Source of the DNA: Qipengyuania aestuarii
GTDB taxonomy: Bacteria; Pseudomonadota; Alphaproteobacteria; Sphingomonadales; Sphingomonadaceae
Length of the DNA stretch: 32,000 nucleotides
Assembly (NCBI RefSeq): GCF_019711535.1
Contig: NZ_JAIGNP010000002.1
Coordinates: 902,318-934,317, forward strand
Reading direction: 5' to 3'
Positions 16,857 through 25,467 of this stretch are shown here, in pieces. The stretch's first letter is position 1; every line of letters starts with the position of its first letter. A model generated the notes under the pieces. The model was not told the origin of the DNA, searched no databases, and worked only from the letters and a program-made list of their open reading frames with translations. Both the position numbers and the translations under genes were made by a program.

Positions 16857-18304
16857 CCGCGCTCCAGCATGTCAAGCTCGGCACCTATTATGTGGTGCAT
16901 TTACCCGAGCCGGATGATTTCGATTTCTGGCGTGAACAGGCGCGGGCACTGGTACAATGCGCTGTTCCGCCCGATCGCGTCGCCTGGGTCGAACCTGGCG
17001 GAAGCGGCGACCTGTTCGCACATGGTGAACGCCGTGCGCCCGCGCCTCCGGTCGATATCCGTCCCGTACGTGCCAACCGGCGTTTTTTGAGCTTGGCGAA
17101 GAATGCGATCCTTCATTCCGATGCAGAACGCTTTGCGCTGCTCTACCGCTTGCTGTGGCGGTTGCAGACCATTCCACGAATCATGGAAGACAAGGCCGAT
17201 CCCGACCTGCGCCGGATCGAGGAACTGGATAAGAATGTCCGGCGCGACAGCCACAAGATGCATGCCTTCGTGCGCTTCCGGCTCGTAGAGAGTGCAAGTG
17301 TTTCAGAGGGGCCGGAGTTGGGCGAGCATTACGTCGCCTGGTTCGAGCCCGAGCATCACATCTTGCGCGCGAATGCTGGCTTTTTTATGCGGCGCTTTTC
17401 CAACATGCGCTGGTCGATCCTGACCCCGCAGGGCAGCCTGCATTGGGACACCGAGACCATGTCCGAAGGTCCCCCTGCCCAGCGCCGCGATGCGCCCGGC
17501 GGGGATTCAATGGAGGATTTGTGGCGCAGCTATTATGCGTCGATCTTCAACCCCGCGCGTCTCAAAGTCGGCGCCATGTTGAAGGAAATGCCCAAGAAAT
17601 ACTGGAAGAATATGCCGGAAGCCGCGCTTATTCCCGAGTTGGTGGCGGGAGCGCAGAAACGGGAGAGCACCATGGTCGAGAAAGGTACGCTCGAATTCGA
17701 GGAGCGGCCCGAGACGCTGGAAGCGATCGATAAAGCCATCCATGCCTGCCGCAAATGTCCGATTGGCCTGCTCGACAGCCATGCTGTCATGGGGGAAGGG
17801 CCGCGAGATGCTGCATTCATGATCGTGGGCGAGCAGCCAGGCGATCAGGAAGATCAGCAGGGCCGTCCCTTCGTCGGTCCGGCAGGCCAGCTACTTGACG
17901 TGCATCTGGAAAAGGTCGGGATTGATCGGCGCGTGGCTTATGTCACCAATACGGTCAAGCATTTCAAATATGTACAGCGCGGCAAGCGGCGGCTGCACCA
18001 GAATCCGGGTGCAAAAGAGATCGATACCTGCCGTTGGTGGATCGAGAGTGAGCGCGCAATTGTGCAGCCCAAGCTGGTTTTGGCCATGGGCGCCAGTGCG
18101 GCGCGTGGCATACTGGGAAAAACGGTAAGTATCTCCAAGGTCCGCAGTACCCCGATTCCGCTGGAAGACGGCAGTGAGTTATGGGTCACCGCACATCCTT
18201 CCTATCTGCTGCGTCTCGATGGCCGCGCACGCGAGGAGCAAGAGCGATTATTTGATGCCGATCTCGCCGCCGTGAAGGTGAGGCTCGAGGAGCTGACACA
18301 ATGA
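16853..18304 (+). CDS. Fusion protein: N-terminal DUF4130 (probable DNA metabolism protein, TIGR03915-type) plus C-terminal UdgX-like family-4-related uracil-DNA glycosylase domain (TIGR03914-type)
   Basis: 483 aa. The C-terminal domain has a CxxC (ACRKCP), motif A GEQPG (aa 326-330, nt 17828-17842), a KRRLH loop (aa 378-382, nt 17984-17998) and motif B HPSYLLR (aa 448-454, nt 18194-18214). The N-terminal 270 aa or so (..FALLYRLLWRL.., ..HKMHAFVRF.., ..WRSYYASIFNPAR..) match my memory of DUF4130. Confidence 0.8.
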   Translation: MTALQHVKLGTYYVVHLPEPDDFDFWREQARALVQCAVPPDRVAWVEPGGSGDLFAHGERRAPAPPVDIRPVRANRRFLSLAKNAILHSDAERFALLYRLLWRLQTIPRIMEDKADPDLRRIEELDKNVRRDSHKMHAFVRFRLVESASVSEGPELGEHYVAWFEPEHHILRANAGFFMRRFSNMRWSILTPQGSLHWDTETMSEGPPAQRRDAPGGDSMEDLWRSYYASIFNPARLKVGAMLKEMPKKYWKNMPEAALIPELVAGAQKRESTMVEKGTLEFEERPETLEAIDKAIHACRKCPIGLLDSHAVMGEGPRDAAFMIVGEQPGDQEDQQGRPFVGPAGQLLDVHLEKVGIDRRVAYVTNTVKHFKYVQRGKRRLHQNPGAKEIDTCRWWIESERAIVQPKLVLAMGASAARGILGKTVSISKVRSTPIPLEDGSELWVTAHPSYLLRLDGRAREEQERLFDADLAAVKVRLEELTQ

Positions 18305-18322
18305 TTTTCCGGGATCGGTGCG

Positions 18323-21300
18323 ATGCCCGAGAATGACCAGCAGATACCAAAGCGAACCATTGATCTTGATCCCGAGGACGTAAATGCACCAGCGCGCGCA
18401 CCATTCGTAGAACTGGGTCTTGTTTCCTGTTTCAGTTTCCTGCGTGGAGCCAGCGATGCAGTCGACCTCGCGCTGCAGGCGCAAAAGCTGGGATATGATG
18501 CTATCGGGATAGCCGATGCCAATAGCATGGCAGGCGTGGTGCGCATGCATACCGAGGCAAAGAAGCTCAAGCTCAAGCCGTGCATCGGCTGTAGAATAGA
18601 GACTGCCGAAGGTTTGGCCTTTCTTGCGTATCCACGAGATCGCCAAGCCTATGGTCGCTTGTGCAGCCTGATTTCTGCAGGTCGGATGAGGACATTCGAT
18701 GGCCGATGGCAGGAGAAGGGCGCCTGCGACATCTCGCTAGATATGCTTGCTGAGCACAGTGAAGGCGTGCAGTTGATTCTCATCCCGCCGTCGGATCTGG
18801 CAAGCGAGTTTACCATTCCCGGCGGTGCTGCTGATGACCATGCCTCGGATGGTGAGAAGGGAAGGGCGCTATACACGGCGAAGTTTCAAGAAATCGTTCC
18901 GCTCCTTGCCGCCCGGTTTCCAACGCTGTGTCATATGGCAGCCAGTTTCCTTTATACTGGCGATGATCTTGCCCGGATTGCGCGGATCGACGCGCTTGCA
19001 AAGGCTAACGGTCTTTCGATCCTGGCCTCCAATGACGTTCATTATCACACACCCGAACGTCGTCCGCTGCAGGACGTGATGACTGCAATTCGCCACAAGA
19101 CCACTGTGGCGCGTGCCGGATACTTGCTCCACGGCAATGCCGAGCGATATCTGAAGCCGCCCGAGACGATGTGCCGTTTGTTCGAACCATGGCCGCATGC
19201 AATCGAGGCCGCGCGCGCAGTTGCTGACGCCTGCGATTTCAGCCTTGATCAGTTGCGATATGAATACCCCGAGGAATTCTATCCCGAGGGGACCCATCCA
19301 CAGGCTTATCTTGAAACTGAGACTTGGAAGGGGGCCGACTGGCGCTATCCCGAAGGTGTCCCCAAAAGCGTGGCAGCGACGCTAAGCAAGGAATTGGCGC
19401 TGATTGGGAAGATGGATCTTGCCCGCTATTTCCTGACAATCAAGGACATCGTCGACTTCGCTCGAAAGGAGGTTGATCCACCTATTTTGTGCCAAGGGCG
19501 CGGCAGTGCGGCCAATTCGGCTGTTTGCTACTGTCTTGGTATCACCAATGTCGACCCGTCGAAACACCAGCTCCTGTTCGATCGCTTCATCTCCGAAGAT
19601 CGGCGAGAGCCACCTGATATCGACGTGGATTTCGAGCATGAGCGGCGCGAGGAAGTCATCCAGTACCTCTACCGCAAATACGGCCGCAGGCGAGCTGGGC
19701 TATGCGCCACGGTGATCCACTATCGTCCGCGAATGGCGATCCGCGAAGTAGGTAAGGCGATGGGTCTGAGCGAGGATGTCACTGCGGCGCTCGCAAAAAC
19801 CGTATGGGGTGGATGGGGCCGTGAAATCAGTGATAAGCACGCCGCAGAAACCGGCATGGATGTAACCGATCCGCATTTAAAACGCGTTCTCAAATTGACC
19901 GAACAGATGATTGGTATGCCACGCCATTTGTCCCAACATGTCGGCGGTTTCATCCTCACCGACGGCGCGCTTACGGAAACGGTTCCGGTTGGTAACGGGG
20001 CTATGCCCGATCGCAGCTTTATCGAGTGGGATAAGGACGATATCGATGCGCTCGGTATTCTAAAGGTCGACGTCCTGGCCCTGGGAATGCTTACTTGCAT
20101 CAGGAAATGCCTCGACCTTCTGGACGATCATCACGGACAACAGCTAAGCCTTGCCACGGTCCCGGGCGAGGATCCGGAAACATATGCCATGCTGCGCAAG
20201 GGCGACTCGCTGGGCGTGTTTCAGGTGGAAAGTCGCGCACAGATGAACATGCTGCCTCGTCTGCGGCCGCGCGAGTTTTACGATCTCGTTATCCAGGTTG
20301 CGATCGTCCGCCCTGGGCCGATCCAGGGCGACATGGTGCATCCGTACCTCAAGCGTCGCCGCGGAGCAGAGGAGGTGGTTATCCCCGCGCCATCGCCTCA
20401 GTGCGGCCCTTCAGACGAGCTATCGAGCATTCTTGAGCGCACGCTTGGCGTACCAATCTTTCAGGAACAGGCGATGAAGATCGCGCTAGATGCGGCCAAG
20501 TTTTCGTCCGAGGAAGCGAACCGGTTACGCAAGGCCATGGCGACTTTCCGCAGCCGCGGCATGGTGGACGAATTGCAGGACCTGATGGTCGAACGCATGG
20601 TCGATCGTGGCTACGAACGAGATTTCGCCCAGCGCTGCTTCAACCAGATACGCGGTTTCGGCGAATACGGTTTCCCCGAAAGCCATGCGGCGAGCTTCGC
20701 CCATCTGGTCTATGTGTCCAGCTGGCTCAAGTGCCACTTTCCAGCGGCGTTCGCCTGCGCGCTGCTCAATTCGCAGCCGATGGGATTTTATGCCCCGGCG
20801 CAGATCGTGCGCGACGCGGCGGAACATGGGGTGCAGGTCCTGCCTGCCGATGTGAACCACTCGCACTGGGACTGCACGCTGGAAAAGCTGCAGCCGCCGG
20901 ATGCTCCTACAGATGGTCGCGTCGGCAATTGCGTGGCGCTGCGGCTGGGCTTGAGGCAGATCGATGGCCTGCCGGAAGCTGTCGCTGCGCAATTGGTAGC
21001 GGAACGAGAAGAGAGGGGCATCTATGATGATGTGCAAGCCTTGCGCGATCGAGCGCGGATCGGTCCTGCCCATGTCGAACGGCTGGCCAGTGCAGATGCC
21101 TTCGGCTCGATGAACCTATCTCGCAGGCAGGCACTATGGGATGCGAGGAGCCTCATCGCGGGACCTGACTTGCCGCTGTTCATGGCCGCTGCTGCCCGTG
21201 ACGAGGGTGCGGAAAAGCAAGTTACGCGCCTGCCGCAAATGCCGCTGTCCGAGGAAGTCGTCGCGGATTACCAGACTACTCGCCTCAGCCTCAAGGCGCA

Positions 21301-21856
21301 TCCCATGACTTTCCTGCGGGCAAGCTTAAACGATCGCGGGTTCGTGCGTGCCTGCGATCTTCGAGAGAAGAAATTTCGCAGCATGGTCCATGTCGCTGGC
21401 GTGGTGCTGATCCGCCAGCGCCCTGGCAGTGCCAAAGGTGTGTGCTTCATCACTTTGGAAGACGAAACCGGCGTCATCAATCTCGTGATCTGGCCGGATC
21501 TGAAAGAGAAGCAGCGGCGCGTGGTGATGGGGGCGCGATTGATGGAAGTACGCGGACGTGTCGAATATGACGACGAAGTGATCCATGTTATCGCACAACA
21601 CATGACCGATGCGACGGCGGATCTCCACAAGCTCTCCGACGACATGCTCAACGCCCCGCTTGCGCGCGCCGATCATGTCTCCTCACCTTTACCCGACAAG
21701 TTCAACCCACGTGACAATCTGCGTGAGGGTCAGAATGATCCTTACCGGCCAGTCGAACCATGGCAGGAGCCACAGCCCGGCAATCGCGAGTGCGGATGGC
21801 ACCAAGGGCATCCGCGAAATGTTCGCATTATTCCGAAATCGCGCGACTTCCATTGA
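18323..21856 (+). CDS. dnaE2: Error-prone DNA polymerase DnaE2 (ImuC), pol III alpha paralogue
   Basis: 1177 aa. PHP N terminus FVELGLVSCFSFLRGAS. Pol III alpha core motifs GRGSAANSAVCYCLGIT, DIDVDFEH, KVDVLALGMLT, FQVESRAQM. OB-fold region, and the C-terminal tail HPRNVRIIPKSRDFH typical of DnaE2. It starts 18 nt after the preceding stop. Confidence 0.92.
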   Translation: MPENDQQIPKRTIDLDPEDVNAPARAPFVELGLVSCFSFLRGASDAVDLALQAQKLGYDAIGIADANSMAGVVRMHTEAKKLKLKPCIGCRIETAEGLAFLAYPRDRQAYGRLCSLISAGRMRTFDGRWQEKGACDISLDMLAEHSEGVQLILIPPSDLASEFTIPGGAADDHASDGEKGRALYTAKFQEIVPLLAARFPTLCHMAASFLYTGDDLARIARIDALAKANGLSILASNDVHYHTPERRPLQDVMTAIRHKTTVARAGYLLHGNAERYLKPPETMCRLFEPWPHAIEAARAVADACDFSLDQLRYEYPEEFYPEGTHPQAYLETETWKGADWRYPEGVPKSVAATLSKELALIGKMDLARYFLTIKDIVDFARKEVDPPILCQGRGSAANSAVCYCLGITNVDPSKHQLLFDRFISEDRREPPDIDVDFEHERREEVIQYLYRKYGRRRAGLCATVIHYRPRMAIREVGKAMGLSEDVTAALAKTVWGGWGREISDKHAAETGMDVTDPHLKRVLKLTEQMIGMPRHLSQHVGGFILTDGALTETVPVGNGAMPDRSFIEWDKDDIDALGILKVDVLALGMLTCIRKCLDLLDDHHGQQLSLATVPGEDPETYAMLRKGDSLGVFQVESRAQMNMLPRLRPREFYDLVIQVAIVRPGPIQGDMVHPYLKRRRGAEEVVIPAPSPQCGPSDELSSILERTLGVPIFQEQAMKIALDAAKFSSEEANRLRKAMATFRSRGMVDELQDLMVERMVDRGYERDFAQRCFNQIRGFGEYGFPESHAASFAHLVYVSSWLKCHFPAAFACALLNSQPMGFYAPAQIVRDAAEHGVQVLPADVNHSHWDCTLEKLQPPDAPTDGRVGNCVALRLGLRQIDGLPEAVAAQLVAEREERGIYDDVQALRDRARIGPAHVERLASADAFGSMNLSRRQALWDARSLIAGPDLPLFMAAAARDEGAEKQVTRLPQMPLSEEVVADYQTTRLSLKAHPMTFLRASLNDRGFVRACDLREKKFRSMVHVAGVVLIRQRPGSAKGVCFITLEDETGVINLVIWPDLKEKQRRVVMGARLMEVRGRVEYDDEVIHVIAQHMTDATADLHKLSDDMLNAPLARADHVSSPLPDKFNPRDNLREGQNDPYRPVEPWQEPQPGNRECGWHQGHPRNVRIIPKSRDFH

Positions 21857-21879
21857 ACCTCGCGTTAGGCGCCGATCGC

Positions 21880-22518
21880 ATGTTTGACGCCGAGCGATTA
21901 CTGGCTTTTGCTCTTGTCACCGCTGCGACAAGTATCGTGCCCGGACCGTCGATGATGTTTGTCATGGGGCAGGCAATCTGGCGCGGTCCGCGGTCTGGCT
22001 GGACAGCGCTGGTGGGTATGCAGATCGGCTACATTATCTGGTGGATCGCTGCGGCATTCGGACTTGGTACGCTGGCTAAGGCCTACCCCCTGGCCTTTCG
22101 TCTTCTGGCGCTCTTCGGAATAGCCTATCTAGCGTGGCTAGGGGTAAAAGCCATCTGGCTTTCCTTTCATGCCGACGACGCAGATAATGCCGAGCCTTCC
22201 CGCAAACCATCGTCCCATGCATTTCGTGATGGAATTGCAGTGGCCATCGGCAATCCCAAGTCACTGGTCTACATGGTGGCGGTCATTCCCCCGTTCGTTG
22301 ATCCGGAACTGCCGGTGGGATGGCAGATCGTCACGCTCGCGCTGATCGCGCTTATACTCGATATGATCATTGGCTCGCTGTACATCTTTGCCGGAAAGCG
22401 TTTGGCTGGCGCTATGGAAAAGACCGCGACGCGACGCTGGATCGATCGAGCGATTGGCTGCGTATTCATTTTGATAGCCTTGGCTGTTGCAGTCGATCTC
22501 TATGGAACTGAGCTGTGA
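21880..22518 (+). CDS. LysE/RhtB-family amino acid exporter
   Basis: Starting at ATG 21880 (MFDAERLLAFALVTAATSIVPGPSMMFV...) gives 212 aa with 5-6 helices, typical of LysE-type translocators. The track's start at 21760 would overlap dnaE2 by 97 nt and adds only basic, non-hydrophobic sequence. Confidence 0.8.
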   Translation: MFDAERLLAFALVTAATSIVPGPSMMFVMGQAIWRGPRSGWTALVGMQIGYIIWWIAAAFGLGTLAKAYPLAFRLLALFGIAYLAWLGVKAIWLSFHADDADNAEPSRKPSSHAFRDGIAVAIGNPKSLVYMVAVIPPFVDPELPVGWQIVTLALIALILDMIIGSLYIFAGKRLAGAMEKTATRRWIDRAIGCVFILIALAVAVDLYGTEL

Positions 22519-23240
22519 AATTCACCCTGTCACGCCATATCGGTAAGTTCGTATTAGACCGACGAGTTCTCGCCCTGCTCGTGCTGGCAAATCTGTTCAT
22601 CGCGGCCCGCGCGTGGTTGGCTGCACATCCCGAACACAATCCATGGGCGCCGCTCTCGCTCGACGACCCGCAAGGCTGGGCGACCCAGCAGAAACTTCTC
22701 GCCTTACGGGATGACGTGCCCGCCTGCCGCGCAGTGTTGGAGCGCAGCGGTGTGGCATTCAATGTGCTGGATCCGGCGGGAGAGGGAGAGTGCCGCCGAA
22801 CGGACCGCACTCAATTATCAACCTTTCCGCTAAGTCCCGGCGTGCCCGCAACGACTTGCCCGGTCGCCATCGCTATGGAGCTATGGAAAAAGGATACACT
22901 CGAAACCAAGGCTGAAGAAATTTTCGGCAGTAGAATCACGCGAATCGAGCACCTGGGTGCCTATTCCTGCCGGCGGATTTATGGTCGCGATGAAGGCGCG
23001 TGGAGCGAGCATGCGACTGCAAATGCGCTTGATATTGCAGGTTTCGTGCTCGAAGACGGCAGACGGATTAGCGTGCTTGGCGACTGGGACGGCGAGGCCG
23101 ATAAGGCGCTATTTCTACGCGAGGTACGTGACGGGGCGTGCACTGCATTCTCGACGGTGCTGTCACCGGATTACAACGCTGCCCACGCCGATCACTTTCA
23201 TCTGGACATGGATAGCCGCTGGACCAGCGTCTGCCGCTAA
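22515..23240 (+). CDS. Extensin-like C-terminal domain protein (predicted M15/LAS-type zinc peptidase fold)
   Basis: 241 aa. The GTG start overlaps the LysE stop (GTGA). An N-terminal hydrophobic anchor is present. The C-terminal region RIEHLGAYSCRRI...WSEHATANALDIAGF...AAHADHFHLD is characteristic of alphaproteobacterial extensin-like proteins. S-x-H-x2-A-x-A-x-D (aa 164-173) and H-x-H (aa 227-229) resemble the metal ligand motifs of M15-type peptidases. Confidence 0.75.
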   Translation: MKFTLSRHIGKFVLDRRVLALLVLANLFIAARAWLAAHPEHNPWAPLSLDDPQGWATQQKLLALRDDVPACRAVLERSGVAFNVLDPAGEGECRRTDRTQLSTFPLSPGVPATTCPVAIAMELWKKDTLETKAEEIFGSRITRIEHLGAYSCRRIYGRDEGAWSEHATANALDIAGFVLEDGRRISVLGDWDGEADKALFLREVRDGACTAFSTVLSPDYNAAHADHFHLDMDSRWTSVCR

Positions 23241-23960
23241 TCAAGCCGCTTCCAGCGAATATCCCGCGCTACGGACGGTGCGGACCGGATCCTTTGCCCC
23301 GTCGATCTCCAATGCTTTGCGGAGCCTACGGATATGCACATCTACGGTCCGCAGTTCGATATCGCTTTCGGTACCCCACACACCATCCAACAATTGGTTG
23401 CGGCTGAACACCCGCCCAGGGCTTTCCATGAAGAATTTCAGCAACCGGTACTCGGTCGGGCCCAACTTGAGGGGAGTACCGCGCCGCAAAACTTTATGGG
23501 CGACCGGATCCAGCGTCAAATCGCCTACTTCAATGGATTCCCCTGCCAAAACGGGGCGGATCCGGCGCATGACTGCTGCAACCCGAGCCAAGAGTTCGCG
23601 TGGGGAAAACGGCTTGGTCAGATAATCGTCTGCGCCCGTCTCAAGGCCGCGGATACGGTCGTCCTCTGCCTCTCGCGCGGTCAGCATGATAATCGGAACA
23701 TGCGCTGTGGTCTTGTCGCGGCGGAGCCGACGGCAGACTTCGATCCCGCTGGTGCCCTCGATCATCCAATCCAGGATGACGAGATCGGGTACGTCTTCCG
23801 ATGCCAGCAGCAAAGCATCGTCACCGTCCGCAGTAGTACGGACATCGTACCCCTCATTAGAAAATCTGTATTCAAGAAGTTCCGAGAGGGCGGGATCGTC
23901 CTCTACCAACAATAACTTACCTGCCTTCACCTTGGCGCCTTCCTGCGGTTTCTTTGACAC
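23241..23960 (-). CDS. phoB: Phosphate regulon response regulator PhoB
   Basis: GTG start at 23960. Receiver domain (LLLVEDD, DLVILDWM, YLTKPF) plus OmpR/PhoB winged helix (LGPTEYRLLKFFMESPGRVFSRNQLLDGVWG, VDVHIRRLRKAL). It is the last gene after pstSCAB-phoU. Confidence 0.9.
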   Translation of the reverse strand: MSKKPQEGAKVKAGKLLLVEDDPALSELLEYRFSNEGYDVRTTADGDDALLLASEDVPDLVILDWMIEGTSGIEVCRRLRRDKTTAHVPIIMLTAREAEDDRIRGLETGADDYLTKPFSPRELLARVAAVMRRIRPVLAGESIEVGDLTLDPVAHKVLRRGTPLKLGPTEYRLLKFFMESPGRVFSRNQLLDGVWGTESDIELRTVDVHIRRLRKALEIDGAKDPVRTVRSAGYSLEAA

Positions 23961-23991
23961 GGCAGTATGACCTTCAAGCTACAGAATTGTG

Positions 23992-24663
23992 TCAACCATC
24001 CTCGTCAACGGGATAAGTGCCCGTAGCGGCAAAGTGGACCATTTCGGCCACGTTCGTTGCATGGTCGCCGATCCGTTCGAGATTCCGGGCAACAAACAGC
24101 AACTGCGCCGCGCTGGAGATCGTCGCGGGATTTTCTACCATGTGGCTGACGAGGTTGCGGAAGATAGAATTGTAAAAGGCATCAACCTTCTCATCGGCGG
24201 CGATGACTTCGCGTGCCAATTCCGCGTCGCGCGCAGCATAGGCCGTCAGCACGTCGTGCACCATCTCGCTCGCGACTTCGGCCATCGCCGGAAGCAGGGT
24301 GAGTGGTTCGAACTGCTTGCGATGGTCGCCTATCTCGCGGCTCGCCTTGGCGATGTTCTTCGAATAATCGCCAATACGCTCTACCACGCCGGCAATCTTC
24401 AAGGCGGCGATCACCTCGCGCAGGTCGTCCGCCATCGGCGCCCGCAAGGCGATTATGCGGACGGAAAGCTTGTCGATTTCGCTTTCAAGCGCATCAATCT
24501 TCTTGTCGCCCTTGACCACCTTCTTGGCCAGCTCGTCGTCACCCTGCACCAGTGCGTCGAGCGCCTCCTGGATCGCGACTTCGGCAAGACCACCCATCTC
24601 CGCAATCAGACCGCGCAGGCGGGTAATGTCTTCGTCAAAGGCCTTTACTGTGTGTTCTTGCAT
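23992..24663 (-). CDS. phoU: Phosphate signalling complex protein PhoU
   Basis: 223 aa with two PhoU repeats (..DKKIDALESEID.., ..ERIGDYSKNIAK.. and ..ERIGDHATNVAE..). Located between pstB and phoB. Confidence 0.9.
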   Translation of the reverse strand: MQEHTVKAFDEDITRLRGLIAEMGGLAEVAIQEALDALVQGDDELAKKVVKGDKKIDALESEIDKLSVRIIALRAPMADDLREVIAALKIAGVVERIGDYSKNIAKASREIGDHRKQFEPLTLLPAMAEVASEMVHDVLTAYAARDAELAREVIAADEKVDAFYNSIFRNLVSHMVENPATISSAAQLLFVARNLERIGDHATNVAEMVHFAATGTYPVDEDG

Positions 24664-24675
24664 TCTCTTGGAGCC

Positions 24676-25467
24676 TTATCCGTAGCGGCCGGTGATGTAG
24701 TCCTGCGTGCGCTGTTCGATCGGGTTGGTAAATATATCGGAAGTCCGCCCATATTCCACCATTTTACCGAGGTGGAAAAAAGCAGTCCGCTGGCTGACGC
24801 GCGCGGCCTGTTGCATGGAATGAGTTACGATGACGATGGCATAACGACCATTGAGATCGTCGATCAGTTCCTCAATTTTTGCGGTCGCGATGGGATCGAG
24901 CGCTGAACAGGGTTCGTCCATCAGGATCACCTCCGGATCGACCGCGATGGCGCGGGCGATGCACAGGCGTTGCTGCTGGCCGCCCGAGAGGGCTGTTCCG
25001 CTGTCCTGCAGGCGGTCTTTGACCTCTTCCCAAAGGCCGGCTCGGCGAAGCGATTTTTCAACCACCGCATCGAGCTCGTCCTTACCCTCGGCGAGGCCGT
25101 GGATCTTGGGCCCGTAGGCGATATTCTCGTAGATCGATTTGGGGAAAGGGTTGGGTTTCTGAAACACCATGCCCACACGTGCCCGCAATTGGACAACATC
25201 GAGCTTCGGCGAATAGATATTCTCGCCGTCGAGCGTGATCTCACCTTCGACACGTGCTGAAGGAATGGTGTCGTTCATCCGGTTCAGCGAGCGCAGAAAA
25301 GTCGATTTCCCGCAGCCCGAGGGGCCGATGAATGCAGTGACATATTCTGTTGGAATATCGATCGACACGTCGTCGATAGCTTTTTTCTGACCGTAGAACA
25401 CGGACACGTCGCGTGCACTCATCTTGGCGTCGACGTTCTCTAGATTTTCGTGAACTACAGTCACCAT
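24676..25467 (-). CDS. pstB: Phosphate ABC transporter ATP-binding protein PstB
   Basis: Walker [13 protein letters not shown] signature LSGGQQQRL, Walker B ILMDEP, and the PstB-typical C terminus [12 protein letters not shown]. Overlaps the pstA stop by 7 nt. Confidence 0.92.
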   Translation of the reverse strand: MVTVVHENLENVDAKMSARDVSVFYGQKKAIDDVSIDIPTEYVTAFIGPSGCGKSTFLRSLNRMNDTIPSARVEGEITLDGENIYSPKLDVVQLRARVGMVFQKPNPFPKSIYENIAYGPKIHGLAEGKDELDAVVEKSLRRAGLWEEVKDRLQDSGTALSGGQQQRLCIARAIAVDPEVILMDEPCSALDPIATAKIEELIDDLNGRYAIVIVTHSMQQAARVSQRTAFFHLGKMVEYGRTSDIFTNPIEQRTQDYITGRYG

